Of a stretch of DNA of 64,000 nucleotides, positions 14,447-49,500 are shown one piece after another (within the stretch, counting starts at the first letter, position 1; each line of letters starts with the position of its first letter). The position numbers were made by a program, and so were the translations under genes. Source of the DNA: Hormiphora californensis (Eukaryota > Animalia > Ctenophora); the NCBI GenBank assembly GCA_020137815.1, contig CM035358.1, positions 4,898,001 through 4,962,000 on the forward strand, given 5' to 3'. The notes under the pieces were generated by a model that had not been told where the DNA came from, made no database searches, and saw only the letters and a program-made list of their open reading frames with translations.

Positions 14447-15430
14447 AAATTTTTTTTTTTTTTAAAAAAATTTTTTTAAAAAATTTTTTTTTTTTTCCCC
14501 TTTTTTTTTTCCCCCCCTTTCCCCCCAAACCCTTCCCCCTTTTTTTTTTGGGGTTTTTTTTTTTTTAAAAAAAAACCCAAAATTTTTCCCCCTTTTTTTT
14601 CCCCCCCCCCCCCAAAAAGGAAATTTTTAAAAAAAAAATTTTTTTTTTTTTCCCCCCCAAATTAATTTTTTTGGGGGGGCCCCCCCCCCCCAAATTTTGG
14701 GGGGGCCCCCAAATTTTTTAAAACCCCCCCCCCCCAAAAAAAGGGGCCCCCCCTTTTTAAAAAAATTTAAACCCCTTTTTTTAAAAAACCCCCCTTTCCC
14801 AAAAGGGGGGGAAAAAAAAAAATTTTTTTCCCCCCCATTTAAAAAATTCCCCAAAAAAAAAACCCAAAAATTTTAAAAAAAATTTTTAGAAGGAGAAAAA
14901 AAAAAAAGGGGGGGGGGGGGGGAAAAAGGGGGGGGGGGGGGAAAAAAAAAAAGGGGGGGAAAGGGGGGAGAGAGAAAAAAAAAAAAAAAAATTTTTTTTT
15001 TTTTAAAAAAAAAACCCCCCCCCCCCCCCAAAAAAAAAAAAAAAAAAAACCCCCCCCCCCCCCCCTTTTTTTTTATTTTTTTTTTTTCCCCCCCTTTTTT
15101 TTTTTTCCTTTTTTTTAAAAAATTTTTTTTTTTTTTTCCCCTTTTTCCCTTTTTTTTTTCCCCCTTTCCAATTTTTTTCCCCCTTTTTCCCCCCAAAAAC
15201 CCCTTTTTTTTTTTTCCCCCCCCCCTTTTCCCCCTTTTTTTTTCCCCCCCTTTTTCCCCCCCCCTTTTCCCCTTTCCTTTTCCCTTTCCCCCCTTTTTTT
15301 TCCCCCCCTTTTTTTCCCCCCCTTCCCCCCTTTTTTTTTTTTCCCCCCTTCCGGGTTTTTCCCTTTTTCCCCCTTTTTCCCTTTCCGTCCCCCCCTTTGG
15401 CCCCTTTTTGTTTTTTTTTTTCCCTTTTGA

Positions 15431-15475
<45 letters not shown>

Positions 15476-15920
15476 AATTTTTTTTTGGGGTTTTTTCCCC
15501 CCCCTTTTTTTGCTTTTCCTTTTTTTCTTTTTTTTTTTTTCCCCCCCCCTTTCTCCCCCCTTTTTTCCCTCCTTTGTCCCTTTTAGCCTCTTTTTTCCCC
15601 AATCCCCTTTCCCTTTTTTTAAAAGGGCCCGGGTCTTTTGTTCCCCCCCTCTTTCCCAGAATTTTCCCCTTTTTTCCCCCGGGATTTTTTTTTTAAAAAA
15701 ACTGTTTTTTTTAAAGTTTTAGTCAAAATTTTTTTTTTTTAAATTTTTTTTTTTTTTTTAAAAAAAAATTTTTTTTTTTTTTTTTTCTTTTTCCCCTTTT
15801 TTTCTTTTCTTTTTTTTCTCTTTCTTTCCCTGGGTTCCCCCTTTTTTTTTTCCCCTTTCCCCCCTTTTCCCCCCTTTTCCTCTTTTTCCCCTTCCCCCCT
15901 CCCCCCCTTTTTTAAAACCT
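14352..15920. other. Homopolymer-mosaic block, probably a base-calling or gap-filling artefact
   Basis: ~1.6 kb of runs of A, C, G and T with no period, grading back into normal sequence by ~16320. Confidence 0.85.
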
Positions 15921-16348
15921 TTGGTCCAGCTAAATACAAAAGATGGGGTTTGTTTGTGTCAGAACTACACACACTAGATAACTTCCCTCTTTATTTCTCT
16001 ACAAAACGTTCTACCTTTTTCTTCCTTTTAAATTTTATCTCTAAACTTTTCTCTCTCCAAACTCCGTTCCTTCTCTCTCCCCTCTCTCTCTCTCTCTCTC
16101 CTTTTTTTTTCTTCTCCTCTCTTCTCCTTTCCTCTCCTCTCTCTCTTTCGTCTCCCCTTCTCCTCCTCTCTCTCTCTCTCTCTCCCCCCTTTTAGAGGCC
16201 CTTTAAAATTATGGGTTTTTTAAAAAACTTTGCCTTCTTACTCTTTTGGTTTCTTCAATTTCTTCCCGTTTGATTTTCAAAATAATGCCTCGTCGCCCAA
16301 AATTTTTCTGTTCGGGGGGAATTTTTGTGCTGGAAGCTCTTTTTCACC

Positions 16349-17020
16349 ATGTCCTTCATCTCCATGTTAGAGACGGATATGTTCAACTTCATTGACGCCA
16401 TCAACACCAAGGCGTCCGAGGTGACGGAAAGCGTTATGCGGGAAATAGAGAACTTTGATACGGAGTCCGTTTACAGTATGTTCGACCAGAACTCAGCAGC
16501 TCCAGGTGGGGCTCCTCCAGATCATCATGGGCCGACGGGATCTCAAAATCATCTGAACGCCCGGTCCCCACCACCGCCCTTTTCTTCCTCGTATTCCTTT
16601 GCCGCTTCCAGCGCTACACCACCACCATCATCTGGTGTTGGGTTTCCCAAGCGTACCATGAGCGAGCCTAGTAACCACCACGTCGTCAACAACAACGCCT
16701 CCACTTCCCCCGCCATGAGTGATCAGGACCAGTTTAGCGATGAAATGGAGGACCAGTTTCAACCGGGGTACGCGAAACACAGTTCGTACGTACAGGAGGC
16801 AGAGGTTTGCCGACGAATAACGATAACCACAAGGAAAATCACTGAAGCAGATTTGAAAGAGGATGACCCGCTTTATTGTGATCGAGCAACCAGGGAGGGC
16901 CAGACCTCGGTATCACCGCCACCCGACGACGAAGGAATCGGAGATGCGGTTGTGGACTGCTTTCGAGAGTACTTCCAACGGTTAAAGATCCTGATCATGG
17001 AGTCAATTTCTAGCGTGTAA
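16349..17020 (+). CDS. Uncharacterised protein, ~223 aa, Ser/Pro/acidic-rich with predicted helical ends
   Basis: Long uninterrupted ORF with coding-like, higher-GC composition, starting at CACCATG (16349). No family recognised. Upstream sequence is degraded, so the start is uncertain. Confidence 0.55.
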   Translation: MSFISMLETDMFNFIDAINTKASEVTESVMREIENFDTESVYSMFDQNSAAPGGAPPDHHGPTGSQNHLNARSPPPPFSSSYSFAASSATPPPSSGVGFPKRTMSEPSNHHVVNNNASTSPAMSDQDQFSDEMEDQFQPGYAKHSSYVQEAEVCRRITITTRKITEADLKEDDPLYCDRATREGQTSVSPPPDDEGIGDAVVDCFREYFQRLKILIMESISSV

Positions 17021-17277
17021 GGGACACTCAGCAGCACGTGTATTTCTACACGTGTACTTATTCGCTGTGAGCAGAGGGAGTGGTGAGTGTGGAGCCCCGT
17101 TTTGAGCAATTCATGTGTGTCCGCTTTTTGATCATTTCATGTGTGTCCGCTTTTTGAGCAATTGTGTGTGTTTTTGTGCAGAAATTAGCTGATGTTGATT
17201 TTGTGCATTGGGAGTTCTAAGCACCAAACGTATGAGGGTTTGTTGTGCGTCTGGTGGGTTGATCCAATCTGAGCGTA

Positions 17278-17556
17278 AGGGTCACCACACACCAAAGTTA
17301 AAATTAAAATTAAAATTTTGATTTTAAACCCGCACACACCAGCGGCCGTTAAAATTTCTCTCCCCATTCTAAAAGTAACGATCTCACGCACGATTTTAAC
17401 GGTCGCGTTGGATGATAAAATTTTAACACGCCGTTAAAATCGCGCGCGAGATTGTTACTTTTAGAATGGGGGAGAGCAATTTTAACGGCCGCTGGTGTGT
17501 GCGGGTTTAAAATCAAAATTTTAATTTTAATTTTAACTTTGGTGTGTGGTGACCCT
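17278..17556. mobile_element. Palindromic MITE, ~280 bp
   Basis: ~125-bp inverted arms AGGGTCACCACACACCAAAGTTAAAATT...AATTTTAACTTTGGTGTGTGGTGACCCT, flanked by TA on both sides (alternatively TAA/TTA, Harbinger-like). Confidence 0.85.
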
Positions 17557-18049
17557 TAGTACTGTCAAAACGGGGAAGGCGTTCGCGTGTTTTCTGTAGG
17601 ATTTTCCTTTCATTTTCCTTCCATGAGTTTTCTGTAGAATTCTGTGGGATGTACCTTTTATTTTCTGTTCATGTGTTTTCCGTGGGATGTTCCTTTCATT
17701 TTTCTGAGTTTTTGTCTGTTTTCATGTCAATGTACTATATTCTGAGGGCTGAGAGTGAGGGCGAGCAAGCTACAAGATTACAAGAAATAACAGCTGAAAT
17801 TGTGCAAAAGCTTTGGCAGGCTAACTGACAGAATTATTGCAGCGGGTGCTGTGAGGGACAGTGCATAGCCTGTGAACAAAAGCTAAACAACGAGATAACT
17901 ATATCATATTAATAAGATATCTAATAGTCGACTGTTCGACTAAATTTTCTGACAGTTGTCTAGACATATCTAGTTATGAAAGATCGCTTTGTAGATACCA
18001 AATCTGACATCTATCTGACAACTATTAATATTTTAACTAACCCCTCACA

Positions 18050-18901
18050 CCTCTTTCAGTTTCAACTAAAGCATAATTTGTAGAATTGGGAAACAAGAGG
18101 CTTGTCAAAGCTGGGATTTAGTGGAAACAGTGGAAACGTTTCGAAAGACAATAATTACACCGTGGACCGTGGTGGGACGCTAAAATGTTCAGATTTACAC
18201 TTTTGTTTGATTTTTCGCGTGTTCATTTGATAAATTGACTTGCGCTGATATGTTTAATTGGTTTTGATACTTTATGATTTTATGAAAGACTGGAAAAGTA
18301 ATAAGAAGTTAGCTTTGATAATCTAGAAAGAAACATGTAAAGAAATTAGGGATTCTTTTAATCGAACTGAATTAATGGCCCAAAAGTTCCAAATTTTAGA
18401 TGCTGTGTATTGAGATTTCAGATTTTCTGGTTTTATTTCAGATAAATAATTATCGTTTGAAGATATCCACGTGCAGTGCACACTTATATTTACCGACTTG
18501 AGTAAGATCAGTAAGAACAAAACCTCCCCAAAAATGCGGTCATCATTCGTTAATACCTACATCAATTAGTCTTTTATCTATGTATGATGATAAGCACCAT
18601 GCAACAAACTTAATATCTCGACAGAATGAGATTTAGAGATTGTTGAAAATGAGAACTATAATTTATATGCCCCTGCAGAAAACAGCCTCTAATCCGATGA
18701 AAACTAGACATACAAAGAGAGCAAAACAGTTGCAATTTAAGGCAAGTAGTTTCCTTGAACGTCTGAGTATTATTAAATATGGTGGAAGGTGTCAACTTAG
18801 TTGCAAGGTGAGATTTAAAGGGCAAGTAATAAACATGCGAAGTGAGAGATGGGGTAGAAAGTGAGGTATATGAAATGAGTTAGCAGAGAGAGAGAGAGGG
18901 G

Positions 18902-18977
<76 letters not shown>

Positions 18978-19760
18978 AAGAGAGAGAACACCTTGTTATA
19001 AATTACACCTCTTTATATCAGGCACTTGGTTGATATAACTCATTATGTACTTCAAAGGACTCTCGAGCGTATTTCAGTCGGATATATTATTTTTTAAGGA
19101 AACTCAAACAGCACAGATCAAAGGGCGGTTAAAAGGAAACAACAAATTATTCAATTGCCTTGCTCGACCCTGAACGAAACGAATAATCAACACCTTCCAA
19201 GAACCTGCTGTGGAGGCCCTCATAAACATTAAACAAGGAATTAAGCAAAAAATTAAGGTAGCGGGTTAGTTATATAAGATGCTTTGAGGTTCAACTTCAA
19301 AGAGACTTCGAACATATATTAATAATAATATTTGCTAATCGCAAGATGAAGAAGGAATATATCGAGCCTAGATCTGCTTTATTTATGAGAGGGAAACTTT
19401 AATAAAACTAGGGTAAAATATAATGCATATTTACATATTATTATTATTAAAGAACCTAGGTACAGCTTGGGAATTGACCCTTTCTCGCACACTTTACCAT
19501 AATGGGAGGCATCACGCTGATATAGCTCTGATCACAGGTTACATTAAGAGCGATTTAGAGCGAATCTGTTGAGGCGTTGAGCTCCATCGTGCGTGCGAAA
19601 TGTCTACGATGTATTTTAATTTAAATACCTTCAGATTCTACACAAGCATGGTATAAGCAAGCACAATCAGTTTTTGTAGAACCTATACATGTACCACTAT
19701 CGTCAACAATAATTTAAGGAATTGCCGTACCCAGACGAATAAAAACCGAGTTAGAAACTT
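18050..19760 (+). mobile_element. Decayed LINE RT-like relic interrupted by (GA)n
   Basis: Scattered motif remnants: (P)ISLLS near 18565, LRFNF near 19285 and KNLG near 19450. No open frame. Confidence 0.3.
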
Positions 19761-20261
19761 TTTAGAAACGCTAAACCCACCAGACTACTAACCGGGTAAC
19801 TCTCCAAGTTATATGAGAATTGGTATTGAAAAACCACTAATTTTTATAACTCTCACGCGGTATATTCTGAATAAGTTAACGATCTACATGATTCTGATTT
19901 ATAAATTAATATAATAATGACTAATGCATCACTTCACCAAAGAAGAAAAAGAACTATCTCGATACCATATAACCACGTAAAACGAGGTTTAATAGAGCTG
20001 TGGATCTCATTGATGTAGAATATTAGAATTCAGTTAAATAATTGCACGGAGCATATTCGTGCTGCTTGTAGTCAAATTACCGTAATGCAAATACAGTAAG
20101 GAGACGCGCACGGAGCATATCACTCTAACCGATTTGCGGAAGGGGGAATTCATAGCACAAATAAATCATATGTAGGCCTAGGTATATGTAATTCTTCTAT
20201 GCAATATCTATGGCATTTGTACACTGTACCTACATAGAAAAGGCAAATATTGCAGTTGGGC

Positions 20262-20335
20262 CTGTCAGAGCATTGGCCTGACCCTATTCTTATTTCTCTC
20301 GCGCGAGAACTGTGGTCAGAGCATTGGCATGACAG
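20262..20335. mobile_element. Mini-MITE of the CTGTCAG family (74 bp)
   Basis: CTGTCAGAGCATTGGCCTGAC...GTCAGAGCATTGGCATGACAG; flanks AGTTGGGC/AGTTCGGT look like a decayed 8-bp TSD. Confidence 0.7.
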
Positions 20336-21013
20336 AGTTCGGTCCCAGCTCACACTACGCGACCAAGGCTTTCTCTTGGTTGTTTAGTTGATCTCTGCAA
20401 TTACTCAACAATTGATAGCTCAGCTGATCTCTCAGCTAGCTGCAGCTCCAGCCTGGCTGACTATAACACAAGAGTATGGCTGACTACAACTGCAGTAATC
20501 CAAGAGCAGCATGGTGCATAGCTTGATGAAAAATGCTATTCTAGCACGCATATAAAATGTAGGCGAGATCTTAACCACACTAGTATTATGTGTGGTAAAG
20601 ATGAAATTAATTAATCATGGTTCTCGGTTTTGTAGTTCGAATAACATTGTACGTATAACCGGGCTGCTATACCCATCATGGTGGTACGAATGAAAGCGTT
20701 TTGAAATACACAGTACATCATGTACTACATGACAAAAAATGAAGAAAAAAGACGAGATCTCACTGCACAGGGAAGAGAAATCGATGAGTCACATACAAAC
20801 AGAGAGAGATAAACAGAGATGGCATGCCTTGGCAGATCACAAAGTGGGAATGTAGGATGTTGGATGGGGGCCAAACTAAACCCGGATAATAGGAACAACA
20901 CGTCATCGAGGCAAACAAGTTCATACTGACCTTATTACTGCTAATGTATCTTGGTTTCATTGTTCACACCAATAGTGTTGGAGGGTGCGATATGACATCG
21001 AAGACGCTCATTT

Positions 21014-21049
21014 ATTAGACGTTTCGGCTGTACGGCCATTATCAATAAT
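21014..21049 (-). ncRNA. Minimal type I hammerhead ribozyme, U3-A8 core variant (second copy)
   Basis: Exact reverse complement of 21149-21184. Confidence 0.65.
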
Positions 21050-21148
21050 GCTCAATAAATAGTTTTACGTTGTAGTTGATGAAAGTTTCAAACTTTCATC
21101 AACTTTCAGTGAGATCTCGTCTTTTTTCTTCATTTTTTGTCATGTAGC

Positions 21149-21184
21149 ATTATTGATAATGGCCGTACAGCCGAAACGTCTAAT
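21149..21184 (+). ncRNA. Minimal type I hammerhead ribozyme, U3-A8 core variant
   Basis: ATTA (stem I)-TTGATAA (core)-T-GGC cgtaca GCC (stem II)-GAAAC-GTC (cleavage triplet)-TAAT (stem I'). Confidence 0.65.
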
Positions 21185-21968
21185 AAATGAGCGTCTTCGA
21201 TGTCATATCGCACCCTCCAACACTATTGGTGTGAACAATGAAACCAAGATATACTACCCCACCAGCCTCCACCATCTCCAAATACTGCTAATGTGTTGAG
21301 AGAAAATTGTGTTATCAGCACGGAAACTGTTATCTGCATTTCCTTAAAATTAAAAACTTAAATAGGCTTTTTTGAAGATCAGTAATACTGCCAACGTTCC
21401 ATGATCCATCACTCGGAGTGATTCACTCCATATTCAGATGATGGGTACTATTAAAGAAACACATGTAACAATATTATAGTTGTGTGCTTCAACAAAGATA
21501 GCCCCGCCACATTCCATTGCATTAGCCCTTTTGTAGAGATCATGGCATGACGCACCTGGTATAGTTTTCAGTAAAATACAGGGGTGTGGCGGTTGACAGA
21601 GCTCCCTATTTTTCAATTGACTGTTCCACCGTACTAGATTAATACATTTTTATAAACGTTTTTCGTCAGCTAGGCTACTTCACTATTTAAAATGGCATTA
21701 ATCCAAACGGTAACGGATACCACACCCTCACTTTCCCGTTGTTGAGTCCGCCCCTGCACCTCTCAACTCTCTCCGCTATACGGAGCACTATATACGTGTC
21801 CAGGGGATGGACAATAAACAGGACGGAAGTTATTAAATTGGGATCTCGCGAGATCTCGGGGTGTGTGCAGATTTGAAAGCCTAATATTATCCTCCTGATC
21901 CTGTTAATTGCCCCGTATCCTCCTATTTAGTCCCCCACTCTCTCCCTTACTCTTTGTCTTTCTCTCTC

Positions 21969-22033
<65 letters not shown>

Positions 22034-23067
22034 CTCTCTCTCTCCTCGAATCAACCGGAAACAGATTAGGCTGGAGAGATCAGATCTAGGTGTCAGGTAC
22101 GCGTGGGACCGGGAGAGAGATAGCCTAAACGGGTGTAGTGCTACTGCACAATAGCACAACTAAAATACGTCGGCTGTGAGCACGTCTATAATAGAGTTAG
22201 ACCATGTATATATTATCTGCAGGGATCAATCGCCCGATGATTCTCGAATCTGTGAACCGTTAACAGAATCAGCAATTAACCATAATTACCAATTTACAGG
22301 ACAGTACAGTGTATAACGTATATAATTAGCGGCACATCACATAATGAGAGGTTCATCATTTAATTTACTGAAGTGGAACGATCTTTACAAAAAAGCACAA
22401 TACAAGACATGATGTAATGGGGACCAAATCAAAGAAAGAAATGTACAAATGACGATCACACACAGACACACGCACGATACACTGAACTGCACGTGCGGTT
22501 TTTACGCCGCGCGCGTGTTGGACAGTTCTTTGTCTCGATCTCTTGTATTGATGATCCCATGAGATATTCAGTTTCACCTGTCTGGCGCCGCGACCCATCT
22601 GAGCGCACTGAGAATCAAATGGAGTATGGCGCCGCCATACAGAGTTTCACTGAATATTATTCACTCTTGCAGTAGATCAGGACAGAATTTCACTGCACTG
22701 TTCATTCTAACAGACACAGATTCAATCACCACAGTCCACAGGTTTACCATTACCATTACGATAGCCCAAACCTGAAACCTGTCTGACGCCGCGACCCCAT
22801 CTGAGCACACTGTCAAATGGGTTCGCCAGACATGCCCAAACAAAATTCCTCTGCAATTCCTCTTCTTGAGTTCTCAACAAAATGCCTCCGAGCTTTTAAA
22901 TCTCTACCTCCGTTTACCTGTCAGACCAACATGCTGTGACAGCCGTTTACCGTAACGAGACAGCCGGGGAACGAATCACACCAAGACAGTTGTTACCATG
23001 TGGTTCACCATTTCACCAGTCATAAATCATGACTCATGATATTTTCAGGTGGGCGTTTTGATAACTG

Positions 23068-23327
23068 CTGTCAGAGCATTGGCTTGATATGACTAACAAA
23101 GCATTGGCCTGACAGGATCTGCCTGGCCAACAATGCTCTGACCACAGTTCTCGAGGAATGAGAATAGGGCCATGCCAATGCTCTGACAGGACATGATAAC
23201 TGATGCCTGTTATCTTGTGGAGCCATACAGTAGGGGAATCTGTCAGCTAGAGCATTGACCTGTCCCATTTTCGTTTCTCTCAAGTTTGGAGCGCTCAAGA
23301 ACTGTGGTCAGAGCATTCGCCTGACAG
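23068..23327. mobile_element. Cluster of CTGTCAG-family mini-MITEs
   Basis: Short copy 23068-23117, inverted copy ~23120-23189, and full copy 23240-23327 with a perfect 8-bp TSD AGGGGAAT. Confidence 0.75.
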
Positions 23328-23673
23328 AGGGGAATGGGAAGACCGTGTTGCGAAGACGTTCGTCTACCCGAACCCAAACTCGCCCCAGACACTTTCAAAA
23401 CGCCCACCTGTCTTGTTTGAAGCATTTAATAAGAGCGGATTTCAGTTCATATATAAAGTTAAATTTAACTTAACATATTTAAATTAAAACATCTTTCTCT
23501 TCTTTCATCATAACGCCCAGTATAACATTCAGAGTTTATGGTAGTCATTAAACAACAAACAGCAGTCTTTGAGCTCAAGTTTCACTTTCACTTTTTACTT
23601 TCACTTTCACTTTTCGTTAAGCTCAGCTCTTCTTCACATCTTCGTTCATCCCTGGTATCTCTCTCTTTGTACG

Positions 23674-45933
<22,260 letters not shown>

Positions 45934-46504
45934 GCTGCTACTACTGAGCGAGGTGATGATGATTATATCCCATGTAATGGGGAGTGGGGACGGGGATAAG
46001 GGATCCGTTTGGACAAGCTCAATGGGGAAATTTGACAGCTCGGCACAGGCTACGCAAGTAAAACGCGGACAAAAATATTGCAAAATTGAAACATTTTCAA
46101 TTTAAACGCATTGCCGGCCACACTTTCATATTGTAGCACTTGACCAAGCAGGGTCAAGAGTCAAGTCAAGCCAGAAATGGTTCAAAAGGACACTGGACAA
46201 GGTTTGTGAAATGCCGCGATTTAAAAAAAAAGGTCAAGTGAAAAAAACCCAGAAAAACTGTTTTGGGTTTTTTAATTGAAATTAAAGCGCGCATCAAAAT
46301 GCATCGTAAATGAGTTAAATTTTCGCGCGCTACATTTATAATGACATTTGGCGCTGTACTTTAAAATGTGAAGAAACGTCGGGACGCGGATTTTTTCTTG
46401 TTTCTCGTTTTTTTCTTTTTTGTGTCTCTTTTCTCCTTTTTGTCGTTTTAAACTCTCCCTTTGGCTTCTCTGGACCTCTGACTGAGGCAGAAAGTACTTC
46501 AGCT
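45934..46504. promoter_or_regulatory. Divergent (bidirectional) promoter/outron region between YTHDC1 and PMS1
   Basis: 571 bp between head-to-head ATGs, with CG-rich (GCGCGC) motifs and pyrimidine tracts ending in CAG before each ATG. Confidence 0.6.
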
Positions 46505-49500
46505 ATGCAGAAACTCGATGGAGATACCATTAAGTCGGTATGTAGCGGCCAGGTGATTACATCTCCATTTTCCATCGTCAAAGAGCTCCTAGAAAACGCT
46601 CTGGATGCTCGTTCTACCATCGTTGATATTCGGCTGGTGAGTGGAGCGATGGGTAATAGTCAATAGTGATATGTATACATACTTAAAGTTAAAGCACCGA
46701 TTTTATCAACATTTCCGATGTTATGTAAATTGTAATTGAAAATGTAATGCCAAGAGACCCGTGCCTGATTTTGTTTACAAGCTCTTTTTCTTTTATTTTA
46801 TTAAAAAAACCGTCGGGGCGCGGGGAAGGAATGTCCTAATTTATATTTCTTAGGAGAAATACGGCCTCGAAAAGATAGAAGTACGAGATAACGGCAGTGG
46901 AATACCTCTTGATGATAGACACACAGTTGCCCTACCCCACTTTACATCCAAACTGAGGACATTTAACCAGATCAGCGAAGTCCCAACATACGGGTTCCGG
47001 GGCGAGGCGGTGGCAGCAATTTGTGCGGTAGCAAACCTTCAAATGACTACTAAAACGGATACCGATAATCTAGGTAATTGTAGGTGGAACTAGATGGCTA
47101 CTTCAGACTAGAGTACCCGTTTGCTGGGAACCCGTGACCTGGTTAATGATAATTTATCCTCATATAACCGGTGACATTTGTGTTTGATTTTTAAAAGATA
47201 ACCGCGCATGTGAAATTAATCAATTTTGATGCGCATACCACACGTTAACATGTGATGTGACGCGCAAAAACATTCCGTGCACGAAAAAGGGGGGGGAGTG
47301 ACAACTTCAAAAAATCCGACTTTACTATCATACACATTGGGTTTTTGAAAAACGGCCATTACAATTTTGGCGAGGCGGGTAAATCATTTACTGTAGCGCG
47401 CGAATTTCCCCAAAAAGCGCTGCTTCTTTACGCCGCGCGCGGAACCTAAAATTACGCGCGCAGTGTAAAATTTTAAAATTCATTGAAAATTTCCTCTCGT
47501 TCGCGTTTTATGTCGCCAAAAAAAAGTCGACGAAAAATTCCAAATTCGTGAATTATAAGAACTCCGGTCAGTTCTCATCTTGCCAATTCGTTTTCCGGGA
47601 ACCCCTGGCCAAAGGACATTAAAATTCACATAACGACCAAGTTTCATATCGATTGGATAAGATTTTGGGTGGCTACGGTGAAAAATATCGTATTTTTGGC
47701 ATTTTTAACTTTCCCGACGCGATTTACGACCCTTCAACATTGAGTTACGGGAAATCGCTATCAAGTAAAATGAAGTTCAAACGATTCTCTTTCCCCACTA
47801 TTGCGTTAGTTTTTTGATTTAGAGCCGTTTTCAGGGTCTTAAAAGCGTTTGAAAAATGTAAGTATTTTTGGCGCAATGACGTCACCCCGTGACGTCACTG
47901 TTGTAAAGATCGGATCAAAAATCTGAGCCCGTACTTACACCCGCCTTGGTCCAAAGTACCAGTGTACAAATTTTCAGGGGTCTAGCTCAAAAACTGTAGG
48001 AGGAGTAGGGAGAAAACAATTATCGGACTAACATTTTGGAAATTATTATATGGATTGATATTACCCCTTCAAAGATAGGGGATGGCACTCGACCGATTAC
48101 GAACAAATTATTCTTCCTTGGTTACGAAGTCACCCATATACCGGGACGCTCACGCAGAGGGGCAATTTCATAATTCATTACCAATTCTCCACCCCAATTC
48201 CCTCAGCTAGAACGTACAAGTTTGACCCATCCGGGACTATGAGTGAGGTTGGTGTGAGTCACAATGCTACAGGCACTGTCTTCGTTGTAACTGACCTCTT
48301 TGGAAAGATACCCGTGCGGAAAAGTTACTATCAGGTAGATCAGTTGGTTAAAACATTCCATTCTCTTGTTTTACGATTTATTTACGGCACCCCACTCCAA
48401 ATAGAAAGTACCTCATAGGATCAAGGATCCCTCTCCCTAGTGCCCGATGTCCAGCCGTTGATAACAATATATCTCCCATGCAGGGTAAAAAAGGAAAAGA
48501 CCAATTGTCCCTAGTGGAGACATTTCTCCGTGGTACGGCCCTTTCCAAACCGTCAGTTCGTCTGATACTCCGACACGATAAGCACGTGATTTGGCAACAT
48601 ACATCGTCCCGGGATCTCCGTGGGGCGGTGGTGTCTGTCTGGGGCAGTGTGGGAGATATGGTGGAGATTGTTGTTAAAGACAGGTGAGCAGGGGAATAGG
48701 GGGAGGAGAAGATATGTTAGGAAAATGGGGATGATATATAAATAGAGCGAAGGGCCCTTCCGTCGAGGGGGGGGGGGGTCGCGATTTTGTTTAGTAAATG
48801 TGCTGTTGTATTTATTATTACCTTATGGCTTATACATCCATTCCTTTCTCTCTCGTCAGGACCTACGCAGTAGATGGATACCTCTCTCCAACCCGGACCC
48901 ACGCCCGAAATACGCCCTACACGATAGTTAATAACAGAGTTGTCAAGTTCAAAGCCTTGGAGAAGCTCCTTAGGTTCATTTGGGGAGGGCCAAACCCATT
49001 GGGTGTCCTAAGGTAGGAACATCTAACCGAACCTGACCAGCTCAAGAAAGCAGGGTCTGATGGCTTTAGACAATAGTCACATTGATACAGCATTTACTGA
49101 GTCCTATTGAATACAATCCAGTATGTACAATAATATGCTGTATTGTGTATTTACACTGTCATATATCTTACTAAATTCCACCTCTCCTCTCTATTCCAGG
49201 TTCCATATAGACCCTGGATTGGTCGATGTAAACGTTGAAGTAGATAAATCTATTGTCTACATCCAGAAGGAAAGAGAAATTCTTGAGCGAGTTGAGAAGT
49301 GTGTCAGAGAGATGGTGGGGAAACCATCATCCGCTGCTGGAACCGATCGAGTTCAGACTACAAAACCACAAACCAGCCAACAACCAACTACTGCTCCCTT
49401 AGCCCCTGCTACGCAACCTCACCGTGTAACTCCGTCGACTGAAGAACAGGAGTCACCATCACCACCTCCTCTTGAGAGAATAGAGTTCATTGAACCAACC

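Larger units (their letters stand above)
20725..21251. mobile_element. Penelope-like pLTR/retrozyme remnant in inverted arrangement
   Basis: 20947-21052 is inverted at 21146-21251, and 20725-20765 is inverted at 21107-21147. There is a central hairpin (21074-21104), and a minimal hammerhead followed by AATAAA in each long arm. Confidence 0.65.

Noticed and set aside
14352-15920. Lys/Phe/Gly/Pro-rich ORFs and apparent novel low-complexity DNA
   Set aside because: Aperiodic homopolymer runs that fade into normal sequence are typical of failed base calls or gap filling, so they are not treated as biology.
21074-21104. AGTTTCAAACTTT resembling my recollection of a ctenophore spliced-leader 5' end
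   Set aside because: Fully explained as the centre of a perfect hairpin in the Penelope-like inversion; no leader 3' end, donor or Sm site follows.
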